A stretch of DNA of 64,000 nucleotides, from positions 9,052,001-9,116,000 of the forward strand of contig CM120642.1 in assembly GCA_051362555.1 (NCBI GenBank), in the 5' to 3' direction. The stretch comes from Lingula anatina. Taxonomy: Eukaryota; Animalia; Brachiopoda. Each line of letters opens with the position of its first letter. Positions within the stretch are counted from its first letter, which is position 1. The notes beneath the pieces are model-generated. The model made no database searches. It saw only the letters and a list, made by a program, of their open reading frames with translations, and had not been told where the DNA came from. This document shows positions 30,986 through 43,299 of this stretch, one piece after another. The position numbers were made by a program, and so were the translations under genes.

Positions 30986-33900
30986 ATTTGATTATTTCTG
31001 CGTACTTAACGATAAGAGTGCACATGCACGTGTGGGTCTTCGGAAGCGAAGAAGCTGGAACGCTGAACCTTAGGGTAGGCTACTTAACTTCCCTTACGAA
31101 AATTTCTGGTGGACGTCCTATAGGACTTCATGGGACTCTTTGGGATCCTACAATGTTGTGTGGGACTCTATAGGAATGCTATCGGACGTCCTATAGGATT
31201 CCAAAAATGCACTTTAGGATTTTGGGGGGACTTTCCTATACTGTACGACGTTCTATAGGCCCTACATGTAGGATCCTATAGGAAATTTCCGAAAGGGTGA
31301 TAATCAACACAAAATAAATGATAAATAAAACCTTCTGCATTTCTGAAATTCCTTTTTTTATGCCCAGGCACTGAAGGTACCAACGCTTCAGAGACTGTTC
31401 GCCTCGTAGGTGGAGACGGGAGCTATGGTCGCCTGGAGGTCTACCGAGGGGCTTCGTGGGGGACGGTGTGCGACGATTTCTTCGATATCCGCGACGCCAG
31501 GGTCGTATGCAGAAGTCTGTGCTATAAGTATGTGGTTAAAATATCCCGTAAACAAAATTTGAATGCGTTTTCAAATGTTTTCCATGCCGTTAAGTGTCAT
31601 CTCTATCTTATTCAGTCATCAAAACACAATATAATTTGTCTAATTCTGGCCATCCACACCAAAATGCTTCACTATTCTGCCATTATAAGCCGTGGATTCT
31701 AATTTACGTCTTTAAAAAACTCATGAAAATCTCAGTGTTTAAAACATGACATGCCATTTAGGTCCACATTCTTTATTCTAGCGAAACTGAAGCCACAGTC
31801 GTCGTAGGTCTACCTGGCCTGACTCCTGCCCTTGACAACGTTACAATATGGCTGACGGACGTCGGTTGCCAGGGTCACGAAGGCGCTATTGAAAACTGTA
31901 CCCATGGCGGCTGGGCGAATAACCCCTATAACTGTTCGCACGCTGAGGATGTTATGGTGGCCTGCACTGCTGTCTCAATCAGAGCAACTCCCGCTCCTGG
32001 TACGTTGTTGCTTTCTAAGGAAGAGTAAACCATTGATCAATCTCATATAAAATCAATTGTGTTAGGTGAGATCAATTGCGATTGTTGAAAGCAATCGCAA
32101 TATATTTTTCACATTCCCACTTTTAATCTTTTAATCAGAGAAGAGTGTATCATCCATACCATTAATGGTAGCTACATTACTGATGAAAAAAGGGAGAGAC
32201 AACTCGAAACCGACTTTGCTAAAAAAATTTTTTTGAGATAGCCTTCCGGCTCTCAAATGTGTCACAGTGTCAAATTCAAAACTTAGCATCTTATTATTTT
32301 TTGTTTGCTTTAGCCATCCAGGTTGATGTAACCTGCGACGGAGCAAATATCATAACTGTGTTCGACACCAGTGGTTTCTCCGAACAGATGATGGTGGAGG
32401 TGGCAGCCGACCCAAGCTGCGTGAACTCTACCGCTGACGGCACCAACCTCACAATGTCCATACCATATCTGTCCTGTGGGACACAGAGAACAGTAAGATG
32501 GATATGATTTTGTGTTATTATAACTGTACTTGTCACTGCAGACGGAAGCGTTCCAACAGGAATGTGATTTGTATTTTTTTCTCCATAATGTCGTTGGCAT
32601 AGCGGTTACCTTTGTTGTGGAATATTGGGAGCAGAAATAATAAAACTGTCTTACTAAATTGCATATTAAGCATGACAGTGCTTTTTAATAGAATATAATA
32701 CATGACATATCCATCGTCTTTATTGTTTTATAAAACAAAGAAAGTGTTACCAAAACGTCTTTTTATTTTTATGGTAACTATTTTCACTTTTCACTTTTCA
32801 CTATCCAGACAAACTCAACACATATATTCTACACCAACACCGTCCGACAATGGGTTCAGCAGTCCAGCGTCATCGTCACCAACTTTGCCGAGAACCGCAT
32901 CGTGGTTTACTGCGTGCACGCCAGAGACAAGCAAATCTCCGCCGGCTTCACGCCAGAGGTCGTCACCGTCGGTCCTCAGTTCTCATCACACAATTTTGAC
33001 GTCAGTATGTTCTTTTACGCCAATTCGTCCTTCACGGGCCCAGTGAATCAGTTCCCCATGAGCGTGCAACTGGGGGATAATCTTCAGGTTGGGCTTGTGT
33101 TGACGACCGTTGATCCATCCCTAAAACTCGTTCTGACTGATTGTTACGCAACTCCGTTCAAGGAAAGAGATTCGGTGCCGCAATATCCACTTATAGCGAA
33201 CAAGTAAGTGAAAACGATGTGTTCTTCGCAGCAGTTTTGTTCTACTTGGAAGCGGCAGTCCATTTACTTCAACTAAGCTTATGTCATTTGGTCTGTCGGA
33301 TGTCTTTAGATTAACATCAGTTGTTTCAAGTTCTAAAAGAATGCATTTCCCGTATACCTGTATCTACAGAAAAAATGTGCAATACTAAGAAAACTGTTAT
33401 AACTAGGATCTATAGATATATTTTGTCTTTTTTTGAAACATATACATTTGTTCGAAACATATTAGGTGCCGACAAGACTCCAGCCTCGTTTACTTCCCTG
33501 TCAATGAAACTGCGCTTCAGTTCAGATTCCAATCCTTCAAGTTCTTCGGCAACTACACCTCAGTATACCTTCAGTGTGATGCAGTCGTTTGCGAGTTAAC
33601 CGAAAAGACCAGCCAGTGTGACAGAACCTGTGGCGTGCGTAAGAAAAGAGAAGCTGAATGGACGGATGATTATCATGTGATTAAAAAACGTCAGACCATT
33701 ACCAATCAAAATTCAGTTCACATCGTCCGTGGACCAATCATATTAGAAGAATATGAATCGACGAATTCCGATTTTGTTGACTTCAACATTGAGGATGTAG
33801 TGAGTGGTGAGTACATCTTCCGTTGTAAAGATTCTGACGCGACCCAATTACAACCATGTTAACAAAGTAGATTACACTTGTTCGGTAAGTGTATAAAATA

Positions 33901-34111
33901 AACAGCTACATATCTCTTTTGTTGTTGTTGTTTTTTTATTATTATTATAATAGGTAACAATAATAACCAGTTTCATACTGTTGGTTGTCATTTATGTCGC
34001 TTTTCACTTTCAGTTATCAAGAAGTCCACAGCAGCGAACCATGTTCCATCGACTGTTGTTGTCCTTTTTGTGGCCTCCATATCAGCAGCGTTGTGTCTGA
34101 TGAAGAACTGA
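27013..34111 (+). CDS. DMBT1-like SRCR-SRCR-ZP protein, paralog 2, probable GPI anchor
   Basis: Exons 27013-27064 ([18 protein letters not shown]), 29899-30043, 30652-30893, 31368-31527, 31782-31999, 32314-32492, 32809-33203, 33466-33806, 34014-34111. Intron phases match paralog 1; RKKR furin site; IVRGPII hydrophobic patch; hydrophobic tail. Confidence 0.92.
28040..28325. mobile_element. Helentron-associated non-autonomous repeat (HINE-like) fragments
   Basis: (GACA)n tract followed by CATAACCTCTTTGGCGGAAGTAATA; related ends at 40503-40530 (opposite orientation) and ~56615-56642. Confidence 0.55.
31091..31297. mobile_element. MITE with CCC...GGG termini and internal CCTATAGG repeats
   Basis: TIRs CCCTTACGAAAATTTC and GAAATTTCCGAAAGGG; several (GT)CCTATAGG(A) palindromes inside. 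Confidence 0.7.
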
Positions 34112-34393
34112 AACTTTATCGCTAAATAACACAACTATTTTATTCAGCGTGCAGCATTTATTTGTGAACGCGTGCATAATTTATGTGCCATTACGGCCAT
34201 GTCGTTAAGGCAAACAAAGTTACCAACGCATAGTGCTATACACAGACATGTATAAAAAACACGAAACCCTTCTGTATACAAATACAGATATGCATTCAAA
34301 GACTGTAAATATTTTGTGCAATATGTAGGTTTAATTTTCTTCAATGTCTGTTTGCCCCTGAGATCCACCTGTCCCTGGTAACTTACCTGTGTA

Positions 34394-34630
34394 GGGGAGA
34401 CCGGGGCTAGTTTGACCCCGGGGTAAGTTGGCCCCCCATCAAGTCTCTTTAATAAATTTACTTTAAGATGCTAAATTATTTCATATGGAATCACTGCCGA
34501 CGCTTTCTTGGCACTATTGGATACGTAACTTTACAAAATGATGTGATCAATTCTTTCACCCCATAGTTACTTTGCCATAAATTGATGGGGGGCCAACTTA
34601 CCCCGGGGTCCAACTAGCCCCGGTCTCCCC
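34394..34630. mobile_element. Tc1/mariner (pogo-like) MITE with TA target-site duplication
   Basis: Near-perfect ~50 bp TIRs GGGGAGACCGGGGCTAGTT...CCCCCCATCAA, flanked by TA on both sides. Confidence 0.85.
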
Positions 34631-35389
34631 TACTCTTAGCATGCTATTGCTGGTTCCAGGTGGGTTGAGTTTCCAGGGACCTCTGAATCGCAGGGTGCTA
34701 CTTTTAAGCTCTGGGCGCAATTTTAGGTAATATATGGTACTTCAGAGATAAAACGTAAGCATATTAATAACAAGTGTAACATAAAAGATATGTTAAGTGC
34801 TTTGACACAGTTTTAAAGGGTGGTGTTGGATAGGTAGATTGTATTCAAAATTGTACATTTTACTTGCTGCTTGTGGGATTGCTGACGACTTATATATGTA
34901 AATAATGATATATGATGGTGATAATATGAAGTAGACAAACTTGGACATATTGGAAAAGGGAATTTGCTCTATTTATGCAAAATATTGAGTTAGGCAATGT
35001 TGATGATATCTTTAGGATTTGTTAATTATAAACGTTTAATTTCAAATATAAGCAGTAGCATGCTTTTGCTCGGATAGCTAGTGTTTTTTCTAAGAACAAG
35101 AATGTATATGTAATTTGTTTTTACGATGCATGCAACTGAAGAACAATATCCTGTTTCTATAGATAAAAAGTTTAGGTCAACACATTAAATGGCTCTGAAA
35201 ATGTGTGATGTTAATGGTTTGGAATGTAGTTTTTCGTATATATATTCACAATAAAAATATATCAGTAGAAGTAGAAATAATGTTTTCAATTATATGCCCC
35301 AAAAATAATAGGTCTGCTATCATTAACAACTAGGACATCTTTGTCTTTTTGAAGACAGCCTATAAGGGTCGAGATTAGACCTGAGCGTC

Positions 35390-38300
35390 TTAAGCGTCGG
35401 CTTTAACCGTGATGTCATCTTTAGGATCGAGGAAAGCTTTTCCTGTCATGTCGGTGAAGTTAGAACACGATTTGATCGCCGATGTTGGAACCTGAAATAA
35501 AGAGCTCGATGTATTACCATACTGTACATGTTCAGGTAATAGGTAATTAGGCTTCCTTACTTCCCTTCTTTTTTCATTTTTTTTTATTTAGTTTTATTTA
35601 TTTTTTGTTAGAGTTCTTGGTTTGGCTCAGATTTTCTTACATTACAAACAATTCCACATTCTTTGCTTTTGGCAGACATGCTATTTCTTCTTTGTCTCCA
35701 CACAAAGAAGTGACATTTCAACCCAATTGCTGCAGTGTGAAAAGATACAGGTTTTACCGTACCTTGTTTAAAGGGACATAAGCAGGCGCAAACGTAGAAA
35801 TCACAGGGCTGTTGGCTTTGGTATTGTAGGAGATCAGGAATGCCCACCTTCTCTGTTCACTGTCGTTCTTGTCGCTCCTATGGATCAGGTTTGAATGAAA
35901 TATCAACGCATCACCTGAAAGGAAAAAAGCACTCAATCGTATGTGTCCTTGATCTTATTGCTTCGGTAACTCCATAACAAGATTAGAAGTCGTGTATGGT
36001 GCACATAGTTACTTTAACGTCTACATTTATAAATTGCCATGCAAATTGGAACTATTTTTACGACAGTGAATTCAATTCAAATCCGATCACAGGACATTTT
36101 AGCCCATTCCACGACCTCAAAATGTAACATATATACATAGTGTACAGGTGCACTGACATTAGGAAAACAGCTGGCACCAAACTATACACTATTTTTTTTT
36201 TAATATCTCTTGTATATCAGAAAATAAATAAACATCTAAAAGAAACTTTGTGTAACTAAGTGCTGCTCATGTTGCGATACATATCACCGTTCCAGTGATT
36301 CTTAAATTTATTCCAATCGAGTGTCTTCTTCCCTTTATCACATATTCATCTACCTGGTTGAAGTTCCACGTACTGGAGTGGACACACCTTCATCAGTTCC
36401 TCCACCCTGGTCACGTCCGCCCCCGTCTGGCCCCCAACAAACGTGTGCTCTATACGACCCGCTTTGTGAGAGCCCTTCAGAATCTGAATTACATAGAAAA
36501 TAGAATCCTTTATGTTTAATGAACATTCCAATTATTTTCGGTAAACCAAAAGACAAAAAGATTCATGCTGTATGTGGACGCCATCAAAAACGCTCTTTAC
36601 GGCGAGCTTTATGGGAGCAATCATTAATATAATTACACGACAAAACAAATGCTATATATAGTGGCAGTCACTTTTTACTGTAGTATGAAACCCCAATAAA
36701 TCGTTTTATTAGTCACTTAGTTTTTATTGTGCCTCATGTGGGGTTTTACAGTTGGTTGATTTGACCTCTAAAGTCGTAAACTACATGTAAAGGAATATTG
36801 CATGTTAACAAAATAGCAGAATGGGAAGTGAAATGAAGCGCATATTTTCAAAGTTCAAAGGTAACCGGTATTTGCCAAAACTATATTTAACGCAACTAGC
36901 TTTTGACGTGACACAATGACAGTGCACGTATGTAAGAATTATAGAATCAACCTGTAAGCATCCGTTCTCTTTGTTACATCTGTCGTAGGCTATAAAAGCC
37001 GTAGTCAAATGGTCAGGAAAGAGGCATCCGTTTTGGTACCAATATCTGCAAGTGAAAAGATACGAAACTTCAGAGAACGCTTAGGAGCCAATGCACGCTT
37101 TCTGCAAAAGTTCCAATTTTACATTTTGAAATGTAAGCTTTTATTTCAAGGCACATCATATATGTTATTCCATTTTAAGCTATAACAACAAAGAAGCGAA
37201 AGTCAATCTTTCTAAATGCAGGACACAAGTGCAGTGCGTTAGGCTGTGCTACTTTCTGTCCAGCAAAGATATTGTACATACTGTACATGTAATACAGAGT
37301 GACCCAGAAGTGTGGACACATGGCACATATTACAATTCATGGTAATTTTTTTCGCGTGAATCTTGCTAAGCGCATCGAACTTGAAAATAATTATTTTGAT
37401 ATGTAGCACCAATGGTATGAAATGCAGTTTAATATTTTTACTAAAAAAATTTAATTTCCCCCATGTGTCTAGGCTTTAGGGGCACCCTATGTACCCATAA
37501 TCTTGGTGCCACAGATGTCTTCCTCCAGTCTTGGCTTCTTTCATCATCAGCTTGGAACCCCAGTGGTAAATTTCACCGTGGCCAAGAAGCTGTTAGAAAA
37601 ATGTGAAAGCTGTCATCAGTTTACACGTTTTTCATTCTATAAATTGGCAAGTGATTTTGATAAAGTTTTTATTAATTTGCCTATTTGAATATTTTATTTC
37701 AGTTTTAGATTAAAATTATTATAATTATTTTCATTATAATTATCATTAACATTATCATAATTATTATTATTTGCTGCTAAATATCAAACATGGTATTTTC
37801 TGAAAATGTAGACATAATTCATACACTGTACTTCAAAGATAAAGGAAGACTTGTGCAATCTTGATACCCCTACTAGTACATAGTTATATGAAGTACTTCT
37901 GCGAAACTGTATCCTGTATTTTCAAATTACACAGAGAAAATGAGGCCGATTTACTAGCACGACAGAAAATGCATTTGGCAGCGGTCATAGGTTAAAGAGA
38001 TTTTATTCAGAAAATGTCTGATTTTACCTTTTCAATGGAGCCAGCAAGCTTCTCTGACCTGGCCATGATCCCCGTGATGTCATTTCCGGGATGGCGCCAG
38101 AGAACCATCTTGCTTCTACGATCGACCCCGTCACTTAACTGAAATTAGATAAAATATTTTCATGCACAATGCTCCTAAAACATTTCTATACATGGACACA
38201 ATTACTAGCTAGAAAATGCTCTTTTTTGGCAAAATCCATAAAGTTGCCTTCAGGAGAGAATGGGTAGGAGCAAGGTATTTGAATTAAAGTGAAATTCGGA

Positions 38301-39933
38301 ATGAGGACTGTAGAAAATTATTTTTAGACTGAGAGAAAAAGAGTCCAATGGTTGATATGGATTGGGAGATAGGGACTTGAATAAAGAAAGGATTAACAAA
38401 TTATGATATTTCCAATTACCTCATAAGCATGCTTGGTAATGCTGTCGCTTTCTTCCAGGGCCTTCTTTATCAGAGCCAGCTCTTCCTTGTCCAGGAAGTT
38501 TCTGTAAAAAGCAATATCTAAATGATGAGTACACATAATAGGAAATATCATATATCTGTCTTCAGATATGATGGAAGAAGAACAAAGTTAAAAGGAGGAG
38601 ATAGAAAAAGATATGTAAAGGAGGGAACGGTTTGTAAAAAAAGTAGAGAATATGCTAAGTACATTCGAGTAGTCAAGAAGGAGGGTAGGTGAAGAAATAG
38701 ACGAGGATGAGGAAAGATAGAGGAAGGCTGGAGAAGAAGGGAAAAGGAAAAAGAAAAGAGAGAGAAGAAGAAGAAGACGAATAAGAGGAAGAAAAAGATT
38801 GGAGGAACATTTAGAGGAAATGACAAAGATGTGTAGGCCTGTGTATTAGTCGCGGATTAGTGCACAATCTCTGGAAATATTTACCGTATGATAATGAACC
38901 CGATGCGGTTATATGAGTCTCTTATCTCTTCAGTAACGCTGAAAGTCTCGCTAAAGGTATATTCTTGTAAAACATAAAAACACATATATATTTAGAAGTG
39001 CATTTCAGTTTTGTCCGTAATGCAAGTAAAAATAAAAAATACAACACTGCAATTTTAGATCTGTTCAACAAGTATATTATCAAGAACGATTTTAGGTGCG
39101 ATACATGTAGTAGTTTCCATTACAGATGATACGCATTAGAAGTCGTACTATGACCATATAAAACATTCACGAAAGAAATCCCTCATCTTCAAATCAGAAG
39201 ACCCAACTCTAAACGAAGCTGTGATCAGAGAAAGCATATCAGTTACCTCATAAAATAAAAACCTATAACGTCCTGTAGCCAACGAAACAAACTAATTTTC
39301 TCAAGGCCTTTTTTTTTGGGGGGGGGGGGTGGACCACTATCACAGAACTGGCTTTCTTATCAGAAAAATAAATATGCTGAAACACGTAGCACTGTAAACA
39401 GAAGAATCTAATGAAAACAACCTTGTCGTGACTACAGTTGTATATATGTCATTGTGCGTAAAGTGTAGGCCTATATTCTAAATGGATACCCGCAGTTTGT
39501 TCTCGATTAAAGCATGCCTACGACGTGTTAGAAATTAGGACATACCCGCAAGCACCATATGCAAACACAATGATAACTGCTTGCGTATTGAAAGTAAGGT
39601 CTACTTGGAAAGGAACACAAACATCAACCTCTTTCATTTATTTTGCTTTTTACTCTTTTTTTAATGCAATCCGCAGACCTCAGAGTGTATATATTAGATC
39701 ACCTTTTTCTGCTAAGAGACTGGGGGTTGAATCTGCCTTTTGTGTTGGAAAAGCTCGAGTGCCCTCCTCTGAACCACTGGGGACCCCCACCCCCTACTCC
39801 CACCCCCACCCCACCCACAACCTTATCCCTTACCCCCACGGATAATCTTTTGATAATGTAACAAAACGTAATGTAATGTAATGTAATGTAATGTAATGTT
39901 ATGTCAAACCAGCCATATAAGTGAGTAGGCCTA

Positions 39934-39978
<45 letters not shown>

Positions 39979-40217
39979 GTTTTACTAACACTTGATTCAG
40001 GCTGCCCAAAGTCATGGGGAAAGGGGGTCTAATCCCGAATGAAGACTAGGTATCCCGGAGCAACTGATCACTACAATCATTGTACACTTAATTTACACAT
40101 CTATTCGTAAATTACTTAAACTTGAGCCTCTTCATAGTACGCAATGTTTCTGTTATGTGTGCCCTTTAGTGCGTGAATGGTTCGTGAGTGCATGTGTGTG
40201 TACTCACCCCCGTCCAT
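35390..40217 (-). CDS. PhyH-family Fe(II)/2-oxoglutarate dioxygenase (L-proline trans-4-hydroxylase/ectoine hydroxylase-like)
   Basis: Exons 40208-40217, 38885-38963, 38420-38501, 38028-38138, 37495-37589, 36952-37045, 36354-36483, 35763-35914, 35390-35491. Motifs WHQDYGYW (HxD), [36 protein letters not shown] (distal His and 2OG-binding Arg). Confidence 0.9.
37295..37490. mobile_element. Degenerate Tc1/mariner-type MITE in a dioxygenase intron
   Basis: Imperfect TIRs TA-CAGAGTGACCCAGAAGTGTGGACACATGG ... CCATGTGTCTAGGCTTTAGGGGCACCCTA. Confidence 0.55.
38560..38825. repeat. Purine-rich (GA/GAA) low-complexity intronic tract
   Basis: Strongly A/G-biased on the + strand. Confidence 0.8.
39868..39978. 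repeat. (TGTAA)n and (ATT)n microsatellites
   Basis: Directly visible tandem repeats. Confidence 0.9.
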
Positions 40218-41625
40218 ACCAAATGACAAGACCGAATTTCTTGCTAAATTCCCTGCTGTGCCGAAGCTGTATCTACAGTTTTTCTCCCGAATGTAGGTTA
40301 TACGTGTATATCTTAACCCGTCGTCTGTTATCTCTAGTAGTGTACGTGACCTTAATGCCGTGAAAGATAGCATTAAACCAGCTGCTACTTTTACTTATAG
40401 TTTCCATTTTACGTGTTCATGGTACGTACATTGAAAAAAGAGGTATTTGGGTCATTTATATGAAGAATGTAACTTTTGTTTATGTTTAACTATATTATTG
40501 AATTTACCTCCGCCAAGGAGGTTATGTTTTTGGTTCCTTCTTGTAATTTTACTGTTTCTGTTTACTTCCTGGTGTATTTTATCCCCAGCATGCTGAATCA
40601 CAAGCACTTCATGCTAAAACATTTAATATGTTCTTCAATATTTCATGACAAATATTGTAAAGTGCCTCAAGTTTTCTTTGCCACCTTTTCCTCAGAACAT
40701 TGTACGCAAATCATGGTAAAAAGTAACATATTTCCTTTGCGATCTACCTATGCAGTATTATGTCTAGCTTTTTAAAACTGGAGATTTAAGTAAAATAGAA
40801 AAAAAATCCACGAAAACCTGACGAGTGCCTTTATGCCATAGTCATAGGATATAGTAACTGAATTGCAGTAGAGGAGCCGCTTGATTCTAATTGTCACATT
40901 TGGTTATGAAATGCGGGCTTCATCGCCGACTAGAATCCTCGTAAATAAATCAAGTCTTTCTATTATATGAAGCACATACGACCTTTATTCTTTGAGTGTG
41001 TTAGACAATGATACATGTAACAGTCTAGAAAGTAAAGAACAATGATAATCAGTGGGTTTCCAATATCTGACATTCAGTCTCTGTTTCAAATTAGCCAGAG
41101 TCCATGACATTATCAGACAATTACCCTAATAGGCGTCTCCGTCGAGATGCTTGTTTTTCACCCAACTTTGTCATTTCTGATTTGGAAATTCCCTGTCATT
41201 CTGCAAACAATGAAATTTCTTTATGAGAGAACCTCATGACAAATCAACGCCGTATAGGCACCTAGCAGTCGTGACCAGTGGTTGCAGCATTTCCTGCAAC
41301 GAACTAGAACCTGGGCGAGTCTCGACCACTGAATAGCTTATTATTACAGGGACAAATGAAAATTATAATTGCCTTAGCATGAGCTCGATTGTGTTGACTG
41401 TCTTGATTATTTTAGTTTTGCTTCTCATCGGCTTCCTCATCGTTGTGTACCTCCATGCCGCCACCATCCCCCCCCCCCCCCCCCCCCCCCCCAAACAGAA
41501 ACAACACTTGGAGCATAAAAAGATTCGGTTAACCTGGCAACAAACATTGATGTAAACAGATAACTCGTGGCCATGCGACCTTAACCTCCATCTTGCTACC
41601 TTCTGTGATATACTTACCCCCCCCC

Positions 41626-41676
<51 letters not shown>

Positions 41677-42414
41677 GTACAGCAATTTGGGGGGGTGGCG
41701 AGTTCATAAAACTAAATGTCCTTCCACCAAAAAAAATTCCCTGCGTTCTACTATTTCAGTGTGGAACACTCAACAGATAATTCACTCAGTTCGCCCTTAT
41801 AAACAAGTACGTAAAACACTTCGTGTGTTCACTTCGTTTCAATCGCAACATATTTTTTCTCATTTGTGCTGAATTTCCAGTGCCTTGTGGGGAATATTTC
41901 AAATGCTAAGCCTAACCTCCATGCAATCTAGCGTTCTAATAAGTTCACAGTCATTAACCCCACGTAGCCACTAGGACGCACAAATACTCTTTACTGGAAT
42001 CCATGCCCTTAAAAATAGGCCCTGCACCTGGATTTTGCTGACATTTAAATTTTCTGATCAAAGCTGTTTGTTCGTGTATTCACTATAGGGGCACTAGAAT
42101 TCATCACCACCGCATATTCGTAAACCTTTTAAATAAATTATTACCAAGAGTCCATCCTAAAAAGTGCCATAAAAAGTACTGCAAATGTAATAAGGGTTTG
42201 GATACTTTTCATGAAGGCACACCAGGAAGTTGTTTGAAATCCTGGAAAATTGCAATGTTAAGGAATAGGGCCACTGAGAATTTAGCCAAAGGGTGGAAGA
42301 CAAAGTGCCTGGACTTTTCTTTTAGAATTGGCTTCGAAATAAAACTTGTACCAAGCAGGTCGTTTGCAACTGGTCTAGTGTGTGTGAAAGTCGTCTATTA
42401 GTAACAGTCCTTTA

Positions 42415-42664
42415 GGGCCCATCCCCAATGCAAGTATCGTTCTACGTAGATCGATCTAACTCCGCGAGGACTGAGTGCAATCATATTAACAGATAAACAC
42501 GCCTCCCCTCGTTTACAACGACCTCGTATCATCACCAGGTTTTCTGTATACTTTCCAACGCCAGGAGAAGGAGTGTTAATCTGTAAATCGGACTGCATTC
42601 AGCAAGAGTCCCCTCGGAGTTGGATCTATCAACGTAGAACGATAGTTTCATTGGAGACGCACCC
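42415..42664. mobile_element. PIF/Harbinger-like MITE
   Basis: Imperfect ~55 bp TIRs GGGCCCATCCCCAATGCAAGTATCGTTCTACGTAGATCGATCTAACTCCG and CGGAGTTGGATCTATCAACGTAGAACGATAGTTTCATTGGAGACGCACCC, with TTA/TAA flanks. Confidence 0.7.
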
Positions 42665-43299
42665 TAATACACAAACGCGTATACACATGCTTTCACCACG
42701 TGGAGTCTTATACCCATTAGGTTTATTTTAAGGGAGATTTCTCAGGTTTGGAGGAGAGTGTGGTAGAAATAATGTCAGACTAACAAGTGGGGTTCGGCAA
42801 TAAATAAAAACTCACAGAATTAATCTGCGGGTATTTTCTGACTTTTTAAATCTTCATTCTAATTACTAAAAAGGTTATCCCCACCTCATGCGGTTTCTTG
42901 TGTCCTATGACGTCACCTAGTGCCGACAGCCTCGTTTTCGGCTTTCTAGCATGATTTCCTTTGCTCGTGAGACAAGCCGTAGTCGAGGTTTTATAAAATT
43001 ACATTTTTATCCTCAGGGTGATTACCGTTGGGTAGTCGTGTGCGCGCACATGCATGTAAACCGATAAAGGCACCATAATTAACCAGTTGTAAACGTGCAT
43101 AAAACATCAGACAAAGCTATGGACCTCGATACTCAGGGTGAATGCCACTAATGGTGTCGGCTGTTATTATTCGCTTCACCGGCTCATCCTGAGCATCGAC
43201 TTTAAAAAAGGTTCGGGAATCATATGGACCTCAACTGCGTTCAGTTCGTCAGTTCTTTTTCAGTGGAGAAGAGGGAGTTCTGCTGCTAAGCCTTGAATT

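Noticed and set aside
38548-38826. Phe/Leu/Ser-rich 92-aa ORF
   Set aside because: Translation of a low-complexity polypyrimidine intron tract.
41268-41335. Possible tRNA or SINE head
   Set aside because: No cloverleaf and no clear B box.
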